Of a DNA stretch of 64,000 nucleotides, positions 19,239-29,264 are shown one piece after another. Position 1 is the stretch's first letter. The number at the start of each line of letters is the position of its first letter. The DNA is taken from the NCBI GenBank assembly GCA_963789955.1, contig CAWBMV010000006.1, positions 352,001 to 416,000 of the forward strand, read 5' to 3'. The notes under the pieces are model-generated. The model saw nothing but the letters and a program-made list of their open reading frames with translations, had not been told where the DNA came from and searched no databases. A program made the translations under genes and the position numbers. Source of the DNA: an uncultured Candidatus Rokubacteria bacterium (GTDB lineage: Bacteria > Methylomirabilota > Methylomirabilia > Rokubacteriales > CSP1-6).

Positions 19239-20633
19239 CTGGACGATCCAGACCCTCTCGCGCGCGATGGCGGCGCGCAAGATCTCGCCGGTCGAGGCGA
19301 CGCAGACCTGCCTGGACCGCATCGCGCGGCTCGATGGACGCATTCACGCGTTCATCACCGTCGACGCCGAAGGCGCGCTCGCGACGGCACGGGCGCTCGA
19401 AGACGAGCTGGCCGCCGGCCACAGTCGCGGCCCGCTGCACGGTGTGCCGTTCGCCTACAAGGACCTCTGCCACGTGCCCGGCCTGCCGACGTCGTGCGGC
19501 ACGAAGACCCGCGAGTACTTCACGTCGCCGATCGAATGCACCGCCGTCGCGCGGCTTGCGCGCCGCCGGCGCCGTCACCCTGGGCAAGCTCAACATGACC
19601 GAGCTGGCGATGGGTCCGTTCGGCGACAACGCCCATCACGGCGATGTGCAGAACCCGTGGAAATCCGGCCACTGCTCCGGCGGCTCGAGCAGCGGCTCGG
19701 GCGCCGCGGTGGCCGCCGGGTTCGCGCTCGGGGCGCTCGGCAGCGACACCGGTGGCTCGATCCGGCTTCCGGCGGCCTGTTGCGGCGTCGTCGGGCTCAA
19801 GCCCACCTACGGACGCGTGAGCCGCGCCGGGGTGATGCCGCTGTCGTGGTCGATGGATCACCTGGGTCCGCTGACCCGAACCGTCGCCGACGCCGCGCTG
19901 CTCCTCGAGGTCGTCGCCGGATACGATCCGCACGACGCGACGTCGAGCCGCCGGGGGGTTCCGTACTATCAGCGCATGCTCGAGAGCCCGATCGGCGGGC
20001 TGCGCGTCGGGATTCCAGAGAACTTCTTCTTCGACGGGATCACCCCGGACATGGACGCCGCCGTCCGTGCGGCCGCAGAGGTTCTCGGAGGCCTCGGCGC
20101 GCTCGTGTCGCCGATCCGCGTGCCCGATCCGCGGACCCTCACGGACATCGGCAACGTGATCTCACGCTCGGAGTCGGCCGCACTGCACGCGCGACTGGCC
20201 CGCGACCGCCCGCACGAGCTTCAGCCCGCCGTCCGGACGCGGCTCGAGATCGGCTTCCACATCTCGGCGCACGACTATCTGCAGGCGCTGCGCCTGCGGT
20301 CGCGCCTCGCGCGGGAATTCATCGCCGAAGTGTTCGCCGAGGTCGACGCGCTCGTCGTCCCGGTGATCCCCGAGCCGGCGCCGGCCCTCGAGACGGCGAA
20401 GGCCGGCTCCGTGGACGACGTCGTCACAAGGATGGGGCGATTCTCGCGGCTCACGCGTCCCTTCAATGCCCTCGGACTACCGGCGCTGACGTTGCCGTGC
20501 GGGTTTTCGTCGGACCGACGGCCGCTGGCCCTGCAGATCGTCGGCCGCGCGTTCGACGAAGCCACGACTCTGCGGCTCGGCCACGCCTACCAGCAGGCCA
20601 CGGCGTGGCATCAGCGAGGGACCACCGCTTTGA
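19231..20633 (+). CDS. Amidase-signature (GatA-like) enzyme, frameshifts ~19555 and probably ~20618
   Basis: [35 protein letters not shown]. Confidence 0.85.
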
Positions 20634-21499
20634 CGGACACCGACAGCGGCCTCGTCGAGCGGCCTCGCCTCTGGCCGGTCTTCCTGTCGTGCGCGGCCGC
20701 CTTCGTGGCCATCGTCGCGTTCTCGCTCCTGGCGGCGGCGACGGTGCGATCGCTCTATCCGGACCTGTCCGATCAAACCGTGTTCGAGGGCCTTCCGGGA
20801 CTCCTCGCGGGCACCGTCGCGTCGTCCGCGGCATTCGTCCTGACGGCGCTGATCGCGAGCGGCGGCGCCGCACCGGCGGCGCTCCGCCTGCTGCCCGGGC
20901 GCGAGACGGGCCGCACACTCCTGCTGACCGTCATCGGGATGCTGTCGCTCGGGCAAGCGCTCGATTCGCTGACGGTGCTGGCCGGATTGGCGCAGCACGG
21001 CAACATGAAGATAATTCGCGGCGCGCTGTACCAGGTCGCCGGCCCCGATCTCGTTCTCGCCGTGCTGATCGTCGGCGTGCTCGCGGGCACCGCCGAGGAG
21101 ATCTTCTTCCGAGGCTACGTCCAGACCAGGCTCGTCCAGCGTTTGCCGCGCGGCGCGGCCGTGATCGTGACCAGCGTCTGCTTCGGCGCGTTTCATCTGG
21201 ACTGGCTCCACAGCCTGCTGGCGCTCGTTCTGGGCCTGTACCTCGGCTGGATCACCGAGCTGACGGGAAGCGCGCTGCCCGCGGTGGTCTGTCACGTCGT
21301 CAACAACGCCCTGTTCACGCTCGTCACCGCGCGGTGGGGCGGGATCGACGGCGTCCAGATCAACGTGGCGCTGGCCGCGGCGGGTGCTCTCGTGTTCGCG
21401 GGTGTCGTGGCCGGCTTGCGGCACGCTCCGTCCGCGCCGGTCGAAGGCGCGTGGTTCACGTCCGTCGCGCTGCGCGTCTGGAAGCGTCTGCGCCGGTGA
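20630..21499 (+). CDS. CPBP/CAAX intramembrane metalloprotease
   Basis: EEIFFRG, FGAFH, HVVNN; TTG start overlaps the presumed amidase TGA. Confidence 0.85.
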   Translation: MTDTDSGLVERPRLWPVFLSCAAAFVAIVAFSLLAAATVRSLYPDLSDQTVFEGLPGLLAGTVASSAAFVLTALIASGGAAPAALRLLPGRETGRTLLLTVIGMLSLGQALDSLTVLAGLAQHGNMKIIRGALYQVAGPDLVLAVLIVGVLAGTAEEIFFRGYVQTRLVQRLPRGAAVIVTSVCFGAFHLDWLHSLLALVLGLYLGWITELTGSALPAVVCHVVNNALFTLVTARWGGIDGVQINVALAAAGALVFAGVVAGLRHAPSAPVEGAWFTSVALRVWKRLRR

Positions 21500-22293
21500 G
21501 CGGCGCCGTCCATCAGCTGGCCGAGCTGTTCGTCCGCGCGCGCCGGGCCGTCGCCTTCACGGGCGCGGGGGCCAGCACCGAGTCCGGCATCCCGGATTTT
21601 CGGAGCCCGGGAGGCCTCTGGGACCGATTCGATCCGAGCGAGTTCACGTACCGGAACTTCATCGGCAGCGCGGGCGGTCGGCGAAAATACTGGGAGCTCG
21701 GCCGCGTGACGTATCCCGTGATCCGCGCGGCGCGGCCGAACGCCGCGCACGTGGCACTCGTCGAGCTCCATCGGCTCGAGCGCCTCGACTGCTGTATCAC
21801 GCAGAACATCGACGACCTTCACCAGCGCGCCGGCCTGCCGGCGGACCGCGTGATCGAGCTGCACGGCAACGCGACGCGCACGCGCTGTCTCGCGTGCGGA
21901 ATCCCCTACACGCGCGACGAGGTGCACGCGTGGATCGAGGCGAATGGCGAGCTTCCGGCGTGCCCGACGTGTGGCGGCATCGTGAAGCCGACCACCGTGC
22001 TCTTCGGCGAGGCGATGCCCGCGCTCGAGATGCAAGAGGCCGAGCGCCGGTCGCGCGCGGCCGATCTGTTCGTCGTCCTCGGATCCTCGCTGGTCGTCTA
22101 TCCCGCGGCGTACATGCCGGCGCACGCCAAGCACGGCGGGGCGACCCTGGCGATCGTGAACCTCGAGCCGACTCCGCTCGACGCGCAAGCCGACCTCGTG
22201 ATCCGCGACAAGGCGGGCGAGGTGATGGCACAGGTCGTCGAGGAGGTCCGTGCGCGGCTATTCAGGGCTCCGGAGCGCCAGCCAGTCCCGTGA
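21496..22293 (+). CDS. cobB: Sir2-family NAD-dependent protein deacylase
   Basis: GAGASTESGIPDFRS, TQNIDDLH, LHG, two CxxC pairs, GSSLVVYPAA. Confidence 0.9.
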   Translation: MSGAVHQLAELFVRARRAVAFTGAGASTESGIPDFRSPGGLWDRFDPSEFTYRNFIGSAGGRRKYWELGRVTYPVIRAARPNAAHVALVELHRLERLDCCITQNIDDLHQRAGLPADRVIELHGNATRTRCLACGIPYTRDEVHAWIEANGELPACPTCGGIVKPTTVLFGEAMPALEMQEAERRSRAADLFVVLGSSLVVYPAAYMPAHAKHGGATLAIVNLEPTPLDAQADLVIRDKAGEVMAQVVEEVRARLFRAPERQPVP

Positions 22294-22865
22294 CGCTCGA
22301 CGAGCTGGTCGCGCTCACACGGCAGCGGCTGGCGGCGCACGAGCGCCGTGTCGTTCCGCCCGGGCCGCTCGTGCGGGCGGCCGTCCTGATTCCCATCGTC
22401 GACCGCGGCGAGCCCCATCTCGTATTCGCGAAGCGGACCGACACGGTCGGGACCCACCGAGGCCAGATCGGCTTCCCCGGCGGCACGGTCGATCCCGGCG
22501 ATGCGTCGCTGCTCGAGGCCGCCCTGCGCGAGTGTGAGGAAGAGGTGGGGCTCCCGCGGGCGGCGGTCGAGCCGCTCGGCGCGCTCGACGACACCGAGAC
22601 CTTCGCGACGAACTTCGTGATCACGCCCTGGATCGGCGCGATTCGCCGGCCGGTCACCTGGCGGCCGGACGGTGAGGAGATCGAGCGCGTGATCGAGGTG
22701 CCATTCGCGGCGCTCGCCGCGCCGGGCGGACTGAGGGTCGAGCAGTGGGAGCGTGACGGCGTGCGGCGGCCCGTCTACTTTTTCGACTACAACGGCGACA
22801 CGATCTGGGGCGCCACCGCGCGGATCGTCAAGCACTACCTCGATCTCGTCGCGGACATCCGGTAA
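22290..22865 (+). CDS. Nudix CoA pyrophosphatase
   Basis: AAVLIP, HRGQIGFPGG, ALRECEEEVG, IWGATA. Confidence 0.9.
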   Translation: MTLDELVALTRQRLAAHERRVVPPGPLVRAAVLIPIVDRGEPHLVFAKRTDTVGTHRGQIGFPGGTVDPGDASLLEAALRECEEEVGLPRAAVEPLGALDDTETFATNFVITPWIGAIRRPVTWRPDGEEIERVIEVPFAALAAPGGLRVEQWERDGVRRPVYFFDYNGDTIWGATARIVKHYLDLVADIR

Positions 22866-22907
22866 CTCGGCGCCGGACGCGTGTTGCAGAGCCGGCAGCG
22901 GTGCGGC

Positions 22908-25052
22908 TCAGCTCAAGGGCAGGCGAATACGGACGGTAGTGCCGGCACCGGGCTTACTCTCGATGTCGATGGTGCCGCCGTGGCTGCGGACGATGCCGAG
23001 GCTCACCGAGAGTCCCAAACCGGTGCCGCGCCCTTCGGCCTTGGTGGTGTAGAAGGGCTCGAAGATCCGCTCGATCTGCTCGGGTGAGATCCCATGGCCC
23101 GTATCGGTGAAGCTCACGCCCACCATCGGTCGGCCGTCATCACACTGCTGGAGCCCGGTCTCGACGATGAGGGAGCCGCCGCCATCCATCGCGTCGACGG
23201 CGTTCGTGACCATGTTGACGAAGACCTGGGTCAGCTGATCGCGGTCGCCCAGAATCGGAGGCAGCCCGACGTTGAAGACACGCTCGATCTCGACTCCCGC
23301 GGTCTTCAGCTTCGGCCGAATCAGGTCGATCGACCGCTCGAGCACCTCGTGCAGGGATACCGGCGCTCGAGTCGGCTCGCGCCGCCGGGAGAAGTCGAGC
23401 AAGTCGCGGACGATCTTCCCGGCTCGGTGCGCCTCGGTCTCGATGCTCGACGCTTTCCGATGCTCGACCGACTCGGGCGGGAGCTGGTAGAGCAGGAGCT
23501 GGCTGTTGCCGAGGATCACTGTGAGCGGGTTGTTGATCTCGTGGGCGACGCTCGCCGCCAGCTCGCCGATCGCGGCGAGCTTCGCCGACTGCACAAGGCT
23601 CTGCTGCGTGCGTCTGAGCTCTTCCATCCGCGTGCGCTGGTCCTCGTAGAGACCGGCGTTTCGAAGCGCGATCACGGTCTGGGCCGCCAGCATTTCGAGC
23701 AGCCGGATCTCGTCGCTGTCGAAGATCTCTCCCGAGAGCTTTTCGCCGACCACGAGCGCGCCGGCCACCTCACCGTCGGCCAGCAACGGCACGACGACGG
23801 CCAGGCGCTGGCGCTCAAGCTGCGCGACCGCGGCTCGTACCCGCCCGTCGGCCGCGCCCTGGAACGCCGTCTCTTCGACGATGAGCGTTCGGCTCGCCAT
23901 CTTGAGCCAGAGGAGGAGCGCCGAGCCGATCACGGGGCTCGTCGGGGCGGAGTCCGCCGCGTCCGACGTCGCGTGCGCTCGGCCCACCAGCTGATCGGCG
24001 GCCGGATCGTAGAGATGAAGCCCCGCGTAGATGACCGGGATCCGGGAGACGAGCCCCTCGGTGAGCTTGCGGCCGAGCGTGTCGACCTCGACCAGAGCGC
24101 TCAGCTCTCCAGTGAGATCGACGAGCGCGTCGCGCACGGCGTGCCGGCGCCGAAACATCAGATACTCGAGACCGCTCTCCAGCTTCCGGAGGAGCGGAAG
24201 CGCGATCGCAAACACGAGCAGCAGCAGCAGCGCGTCCCGGAAGAGGCGCTCCACGTCGCTCGGCGCATCGCGCTCGGTGCGAGCGCGGAACGCCTGGTCG
24301 ATCGCCCAGAGTCCGATGAACAGTATCGGCGCCAGCGCGCCGGACGTGAGCACGTAGAGGACGAGACGCTTGGCCAGTACGCCGATGTCCATCAGACGGT
24401 ATCGAACGATGGCGACCCCGAGGGCCAGCGCGAAGATCGCGTTGCTCGGGATGCCCACGGGATAGAGCCAGTCCCAGTGCAGCATGAAGCGGGCGATGTC
24501 GACGACGCCGCCGGCGAGGCTCACGCCGACACCGAGGATCACCAGCAGCGTCCGATTGCGCTTGAAGCTCGAGGGCTGAGAGCCGTAGGCCCGGACGAGC
24601 ATGACGAGACCGAACACGAGATAACTCTGGAAGTAGACGAAGAACGGCGCGTAGAGCGGGCCCGCCACCGGCATGAAGCCCCACTCCGAGTCGCTGACGC
24701 CGGCGAGAAAGGCGTGTGTCGGTCCGGCCGCCAGGAAGAAGCCGCAGAGCGCGTAGCCGATGATCAAGACCGGTCGGCGCCGCGGCACGTCGAGAAACGC
24801 CAGGACGTAGTGATAGAACAGCGGGGCGATCGGGATCACTCCGACGTGCAGCAGGCGCTCCCACAAGAGCGCGGTCTCCTGGCTCGATGCCGAGCGCAGG
24901 CCGAAGACGCCGAGGTTCCAGACGGCGAGTGCCGTGGCCAGATAGGCGAAGAGGAGATTGCGCTGGCTCTTACGCTCCGGGGCCAGCGCGCTCCCGAGGA
25001 GCAGCAGGTTGAGGCCCAGCGCGAGGAGAGGCAGGAGCTTATGAGCGAGCAT
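22908..25052 (-). CDS. 7TM-GAF histidine kinase (PrsK-like architecture)
   Basis: Multi-TM N-terminus, AIVRYRLMDI, GEKLSGEIF GAF, AHEINNPL, TTKAEGRGTGLGL. Confidence 0.9.
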   Translation of the reverse strand: MLAHKLLPLLALGLNLLLLGSALAPERKSQRNLLFAYLATALAVWNLGVFGLRSASSQETALLWERLLHVGVIPIAPLFYHYVLAFLDVPRRRPVLIIGYALCGFFLAAGPTHAFLAGVSDSEWGFMPVAGPLYAPFFVYFQSYLVFGLVMLVRAYGSQPSSFKRNRTLLVILGVGVSLAGGVVDIARFMLHWDWLYPVGIPSNAIFALALGVAIVRYRLMDIGVLAKRLVLYVLTSGALAPILFIGLWAIDQAFRARTERDAPSDVERLFRDALLLLLVFAIALPLLRKLESGLEYLMFRRRHAVRDALVDLTGELSALVEVDTLGRKLTEGLVSRIPVIYAGLHLYDPAADQLVGRAHATSDAADSAPTSPVIGSALLLWLKMASRTLIVEETAFQGAADGRVRAAVAQLERQRLAVVVPLLADGEVAGALVVGEKLSGEIFDSDEIRLLEMLAAQTVIALRNAGLYEDQRTRMEELRRTQQSLVQSAKLAAIGELAASVAHEINNPLTVILGNSQLLLYQLPPESVEHRKASSIETEAHRAGKIVRDLLDFSRRREPTRAPVSLHEVLERSIDLIRPKLKTAGVEIERVFNVGLPPILGDRDQLTQVFVNMVTNAVDAMDGGGSLIVETGLQQCDDGRPMVGVSFTDTGHGISPEQIERIFEPFYTTKAEGRGTGLGLSVSLGIVRSHGGTIDIESKPGAGTTVRIRLPLS

Positions 25053-25989
25053 CCGTTTCCCACGACGTGAAGGACCCGTAATCGTCCCGGCGCCGCTGCT
25101 CTCGCATCTCGGACTCGAGAATCGAGAAGACCAGGATGTCCCAGCGCTGACCGCCGTACGTCTTCGCCTCGCGCAGGATGCCCTCCTGCTGGAAGCCGTT
25201 GCGCTGGAGCGCGTTGATGCTGATCACGTTGTAGGCGAAGACTTTCGCCTCGACCCGCCGGATCTCGAGCGCGTCCATCGCCCACGAGAGCGCCAGGCGC
25301 GAGGCCTCGATCCCCCAGCCCGCGCGCAGCGAGCGCGGGTTCACGATCGCCGTCTCCAGAAACGCGAACCGCTCGACCAGGTGGACGTCGAAGAGCCTGA
25401 CGAACCCGACCGGCTTCGCGTCCGATCCCGACGGCACCACGACGAGCGTGAGCGCGGAGGGGTCGTTCAAGACACGCGCGACGAAGTCCGGATGATAGGG
25501 GCCGACCTGCCGGCAGAGATAGAGCAGGTGGCTACCGACCATCTGATCGAGGAGCGAATCGTTCGCCCACTCGCCGAACGTCTCGAGCTCGTCCCACGTC
25601 GGCGGTCGCAGAGCCAGTCGCGCGGTGCTCGCCAGGAACTGCGGAGCCGGAGGGACGCCTTCGTACGGCACGTGCGGCGTCGCAGTCGCGGGCCCAGCGC
25701 CGATTCCCTCGAGAGGCAGCTCGTCGAGCAGGCAGGCCGAAAGAAGCGCGCGGTAGATCGCCGGGCTCGGCAGAATCGATACCTTGATTCCCAGCGCCTC
25801 GGCGCGCCGCGCCGTCTGCAGGAGCACGGCCAGGCCGGCAACGTCCGTCGCCTTCACGTCTTCGAGATTCAGCCAGAGACGCGAAGGCCGGAGCGCCAGG
25901 CCGGCCCGTACCCTCTGGCAAAAGGCCGGGAGGCCGAGGCTCGTTAACCCCTCGTGTACGACGATCTCGATTTCCGATGCGCCTGGCAT
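25039..25989 (-). CDS. STAS-like plus RimL-type GNAT acetyltransferase fusion
   Basis: LNLEDVKATDVAGLAVL (STAS-like); RRVEAKVFAYNVISINALQRNGFQQEGILRE (RimJ/RimL-type). Confidence 0.75.
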   Translation of the reverse strand: MPGASEIEIVVHEGLTSLGLPAFCQRVRAGLALRPSRLWLNLEDVKATDVAGLAVLLQTARRAEALGIKVSILPSPAIYRALLSACLLDELPLEGIGAGPATATPHVPYEGVPPAPQFLASTARLALRPPTWDELETFGEWANDSLLDQMVGSHLLYLCRQVGPYHPDFVARVLNDPSALTLVVVPSGSDAKPVGFVRLFDVHLVERFAFLETAIVNPRSLRAGWGIEASRLALSWAMDALEIRRVEAKVFAYNVISINALQRNGFQQEGILREAKTYGGQRWDILVFSILESEMREQRRRDDYGSFTSWETDARS

Positions 25990-26135
25990 TGGTCGCCCCA
26001 GGGTTGAACTGCAAGAGGAGCACCAATCCGGAATCGGGCCTAAGTCGTGATCGTTACGTGCCTTGGCCGGTCACAGCGCCCCGGTGTCGAACTGGACTGG
26101 CTCCGGCCTGACCAGGCCGTGTGAGAATTCTGGAC

Positions 26136-26334
26136 ATGATCGAGCGGAGCGGGCTGTGCGCGGGCTGCGCCCACGTGCGAGTGGTCACCTCGGCGAGGGG
26201 CGCCTCGTTCGTGTTCTGCGGGTTGAGCCGTACTCGACGAGCGCTTTCCGAAGTACCCGCGTTTACCGGTCGTGACCTGCGTCGGCTTCGAGGCAGCGGA
26301 GCGGCCGGGAGAGGCTCAGGGCCACCAGAGGTAG
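26136..26334 (+). CDS. Small four-Cys protein, frameshift ~26235
   Basis: GLCAGCAHVRVVTSARGASFVFCGLSRT joined to DERFPKYPRLPVVTCVGFE. Confidence 0.6.
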
Positions 26335-27278
26335 AAGAAGCCCGGCCCGGAGCCCATGACCGACGCGAGCCGGGAGACGGTCGCGTCGAGGCTCCCGGAG
26401 GGTCCTTCGGATCGCGCGTAGTAGGTCGCGCGATACTCCGACGGGCGCTGATAGACGACGACCTTGACCTGGTCGACGCCGATCGCCTTGCGCGCGAGCT
26501 CGAGCGCGTCGTCCATGTAGCCGATCCGGTCGATCAGCTTGAGATCGAGCGCCTGCTGCGCGGTGTAGACGCGGCCGTCGGCGATGCGCTTCGCGGTGTC
26601 CATCGGGATCTTGCGCGACTCGACGAGCCGCGCGAGGAACTGGCTCTGCAGCCCGTCGATCACGGATTGGAAGATCTGATGCTCCTCCGGCGTCATGGCC
26701 CGGAACGGGCTGCCCATGTCCTTGCGCTCGCCCGACTTGATCGCCGCGGCCGAGACGCCGAGCTTCTGCAAGAGTCCTTCGGCGTTCACCGTCAGCATGA
26801 TGACGCCGATCGAGCCGGTGACCGTCGTGGGATGGGCGACGATCGTGTCGGCGCCGAGCGCCACGTAGTAGCCGCCCGAGGCGGCGACGTCCATCATGAC
26901 GGCCACGACGGGAACCTTGGCGGCGCGCTTGAACATCTGGAGCTCTTTGAACATGATGTCGGACGCCGTCACCGTGCCGCCCGGGCTGTTGATGCGGACG
27001 ATGACCGCCTTGACGTCCGAGTCCTCGGCGGCCTTCTTCAGCTCCTCGCGAAAGCGCACGAGCAGACCGACGCGCGGCGTCGGCGCGCCGATGACCAGCG
27101 TCTGCGACTGACCTTCCTCGGAGAGAAATCCCGAGATGTCCGTCAAGAGAACTTTCGTTCGGCCGCTGCCTTCGACGGTCCGCTCCTCGAGGGGCTTGAT
27201 GCGCGGCGTGAGATCGACCGAGATCAGCGAGCAGCCGGTCGCGAGCAGGAGCGAGACGAGTACGGTCACCGTGCGCAT
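26316..27278 (-). CDS. sppA: Signal peptide peptidase SppA (S49), lipoprotein
   Basis: Lipobox LATGC; RINSPGG, AASGGYY, TGSIGV, DGRVYT. Confidence 0.9.
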   Translation of the reverse strand: MRTVTVLVSLLLATGCSLISVDLTPRIKPLEERTVEGSGRTKVLLTDISGFLSEEGQSQTLVIGAPTPRVGLLVRFREELKKAAEDSDVKAVIVRINSPGGTVTASDIMFKELQMFKRAAKVPVVAVMMDVAASGGYYVALGADTIVAHPTTVTGSIGVIMLTVNAEGLLQKLGVSAAAIKSGERKDMGSPFRAMTPEEHQIFQSVIDGLQSQFLARLVESRKIPMDTAKRIADGRVYTAQQALDLKLIDRIGYMDDALELARKAIGVDQVKVVVYQRPSEYRATYYARSEGPSGSLDATVSRLASVMGSGPGFFYLWWP

Positions 27279-27338
27279 GGCGCGAGTATACCGCGAGGGT
27301 TGATCCAGGCTCGCCGGCTCTGTGATAATCGTCACGCC

Positions 27339-28309
27339 ATGGCCGCCGACACTCTTCTGACGATCGACGACGTGCGCGCCGCCGCGCAGCGGCTCGCCGG
27401 CCGTGTCGACCGCACGCCGGTGCTCACCTCGGCGGCATTCGACGACGCGAGCGGCTGTCGCGTCTTCTTCAAGTGCGAGAACCTCCAGCGCGCCGGCTCG
27501 TTCAAGATCCGGGGCGCCTTGAACAAGCTGCTGACGCCTCACCGCCGCCTGAGCGCGCGCGCGGCGTCGTCGCGTACTCGTCCGGCAATCACGCGCAGGG
27601 TGTGGCGCTCGCGGCGCGGGTGGTCGGGACGACCGCCATCATCTGCATGCCGACGGACGCGCCGGCCCTGAAGGTGGACGCGACCCGCGGTTACGGGGCC
27701 GAGATCGTCTTCTACGACCGCCTGAAGGACGACCGCGCCGCCGTGGCGCGACGCCTCGTCGACGAAACGGGACGTGTGCTGGTGCCTCCGTACGACGATC
27801 CGGCGATCATGGCCGGGCAGGGAACCGCGGCGCTCGAGCTCTTTCAGGACGTTCCGGCGCTGGACGCGATCGTCACCCCGGTCGGCGGCGGTGGCCTCAT
27901 GGCCGGGTGCAGCACGGTGGCGCGAAGCCTGTCGCCGGGGATCACCGTCGTCGGGGTCGAGGCCGAGACGGCGAACGACACGTACCTCTCGCTGAAGAAG
28001 GGCGAGCGAGTCACGATTCCCCCGCCGCCGACGATCGCCGACGGGATTCGGCCGCAGAGCCCGGGCGAGCTCACGTTCCCGATCCTCCGTGAGAACCTGA
28101 GCGAGGTGGCGCTGGTCAGCGACGACGAGATCATCGCGGCGGTTCGGTTCCTGGCGCTCCGCGTCCGCGTGATCGCCGAGCCGACGGGCGCGGTGGGCGC
28201 CGCCGCAGTGCTGAGCGGGAAGCTCGCCCGCGGCGCGCGAGTCGGGGTGGTGCTGTCCGGCGGCAACGTCGATCCCGGACTGCTGATCCAGATTCTGCAG
28301 AGCCGCTGA
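27339..28309 (+). CDS. PLP-dependent Ser/Thr dehydratase family, frameshift ~27535
   Basis: KCENLQRAGSFKIRG, SSGNHAQ, PVGGGGL, SGGN. Confidence 0.9.
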
Positions 28310-28317
28310 GCCGACGC

Positions 28318-29259
28318 TCAGCGCGTGTGAAAGGCCGGAATCACCTCGGCGGCGAGCCGTTCGAGCTGCTCGAGCATCCGTTCGGGCGGACACATCGGTC
28401 GCAGAATGAACTTCGACCCGCCGCCCATCACGTACTGCTCCAGCCGTTCGCTGACGAGCTCGGCCGGCCCGAATGCCGTGCAGGCGTCGAGCGTCGGCGC
28501 GTCGACGCGCCCGCGCGGAATGAAGGGAAGCGCCATCGAGCGCGCAATCGCAGGGTTGGCGTCCAGACAGAACTGTACGAGCGTGCCGAAGTGATCGCCC
28601 GGCACCTCGCGCCCGGCCTCGGCGGCGAAGCCGAGCGTCTTGTCGACGCCGACGCGGAACTGATCGGGCGTGATGAACGACGGGATCCAGCCGTCGCCCA
28701 TCCGTCCGGTCCGGCGCATCGCGGCCTCGCTGTTGCCGCCGACCCACAGCGGCATGGGCTGCTGGATCGGACGCGGGAGTACCGTGATGCGATCGAGCCG
28801 CCAGAACTCGCCCGCGAACGTGACCTCGGACTCCTCCCAGCAACGCCGCATGACCTGGATCGCCTCGTCGGTCCGGCGCCCGCGCTCGCGGAACGGGACG
28901 CCCGCCGCCAGGAATTCGCGCTCCTGCTCCACGCCGATGCCGACGGCCGGCAGGACTCGACCACCCGAGAGATAGTCGAGCATCGCGATCTGGCGCGCCG
29001 CGAGCACGGGTGACCTGAACGGCGCGATCAGCACGCTCGGTCCGAACTTCAGCCGGCGGGTACGGGCGGCCACCGCGGCCATCGCCGTCATCGGCTCCAG
29101 GACCGGGAGCGGCGACGACAGGCGGTCCGAGAACCAGATCGAATCGATCTCGGTCCGCTCGCAGACATCGATCAGCCGCCAGAAGAAGTCCAGTCCTTCT
29201 CGGGGCGCGCCGACCGGCCACGGCCCGGGCATGATGCCGATCCGGTACTTGATCTGCAT
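28318..29259 (-). CDS. LLM-class flavin-dependent oxidoreductase
   Basis: DSIWFSDR, LDYLSGGR, RGRRTDE, WVGGNSEAA, GDGW. Confidence 0.85.
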   Translation of the reverse strand: MQIKYRIGIMPGPWPVGAPREGLDFFWRLIDVCERTEIDSIWFSDRLSSPLPVLEPMTAMAAVAARTRRLKFGPSVLIAPFRSPVLAARQIAMLDYLSGGRVLPAVGIGVEQEREFLAAGVPFRERGRRTDEAIQVMRRCWEESEVTFAGEFWRLDRITVLPRPIQQPMPLWVGGNSEAAMRRTGRMGDGWIPSFITPDQFRVGVDKTLGFAAEAGREVPGDHFGTLVQFCLDANPAIARSMALPFIPRGRVDAPTLDACTAFGPAELVSERLEQYVMGGGSKFILRPMCPPERMLEQLERLAAEVIPAFHTR

Positions 29260-29264
29260 AGGGC

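Noticed and set aside
19231..21499. Amidase-CAAX protease fusion (ORF 19334-21499)
   Set aside because: Removing one G near 20618 gives a normal amidase end (WHQRGPPL-TGA) overlapping a TTG start, so an indel artefact is likely.
21496..22293. Sir2 or Abi/CPBP genes as an anti-phage system
   Set aside because: Canonical Zn-binding CobB-type sirtuin in a housekeeping operon, with no defence partners nearby.
26048..26064. GGCAC motif upstream of STAS-GNAT as a sigma54 promoter
   Set aside because: No GC at the -12 position.
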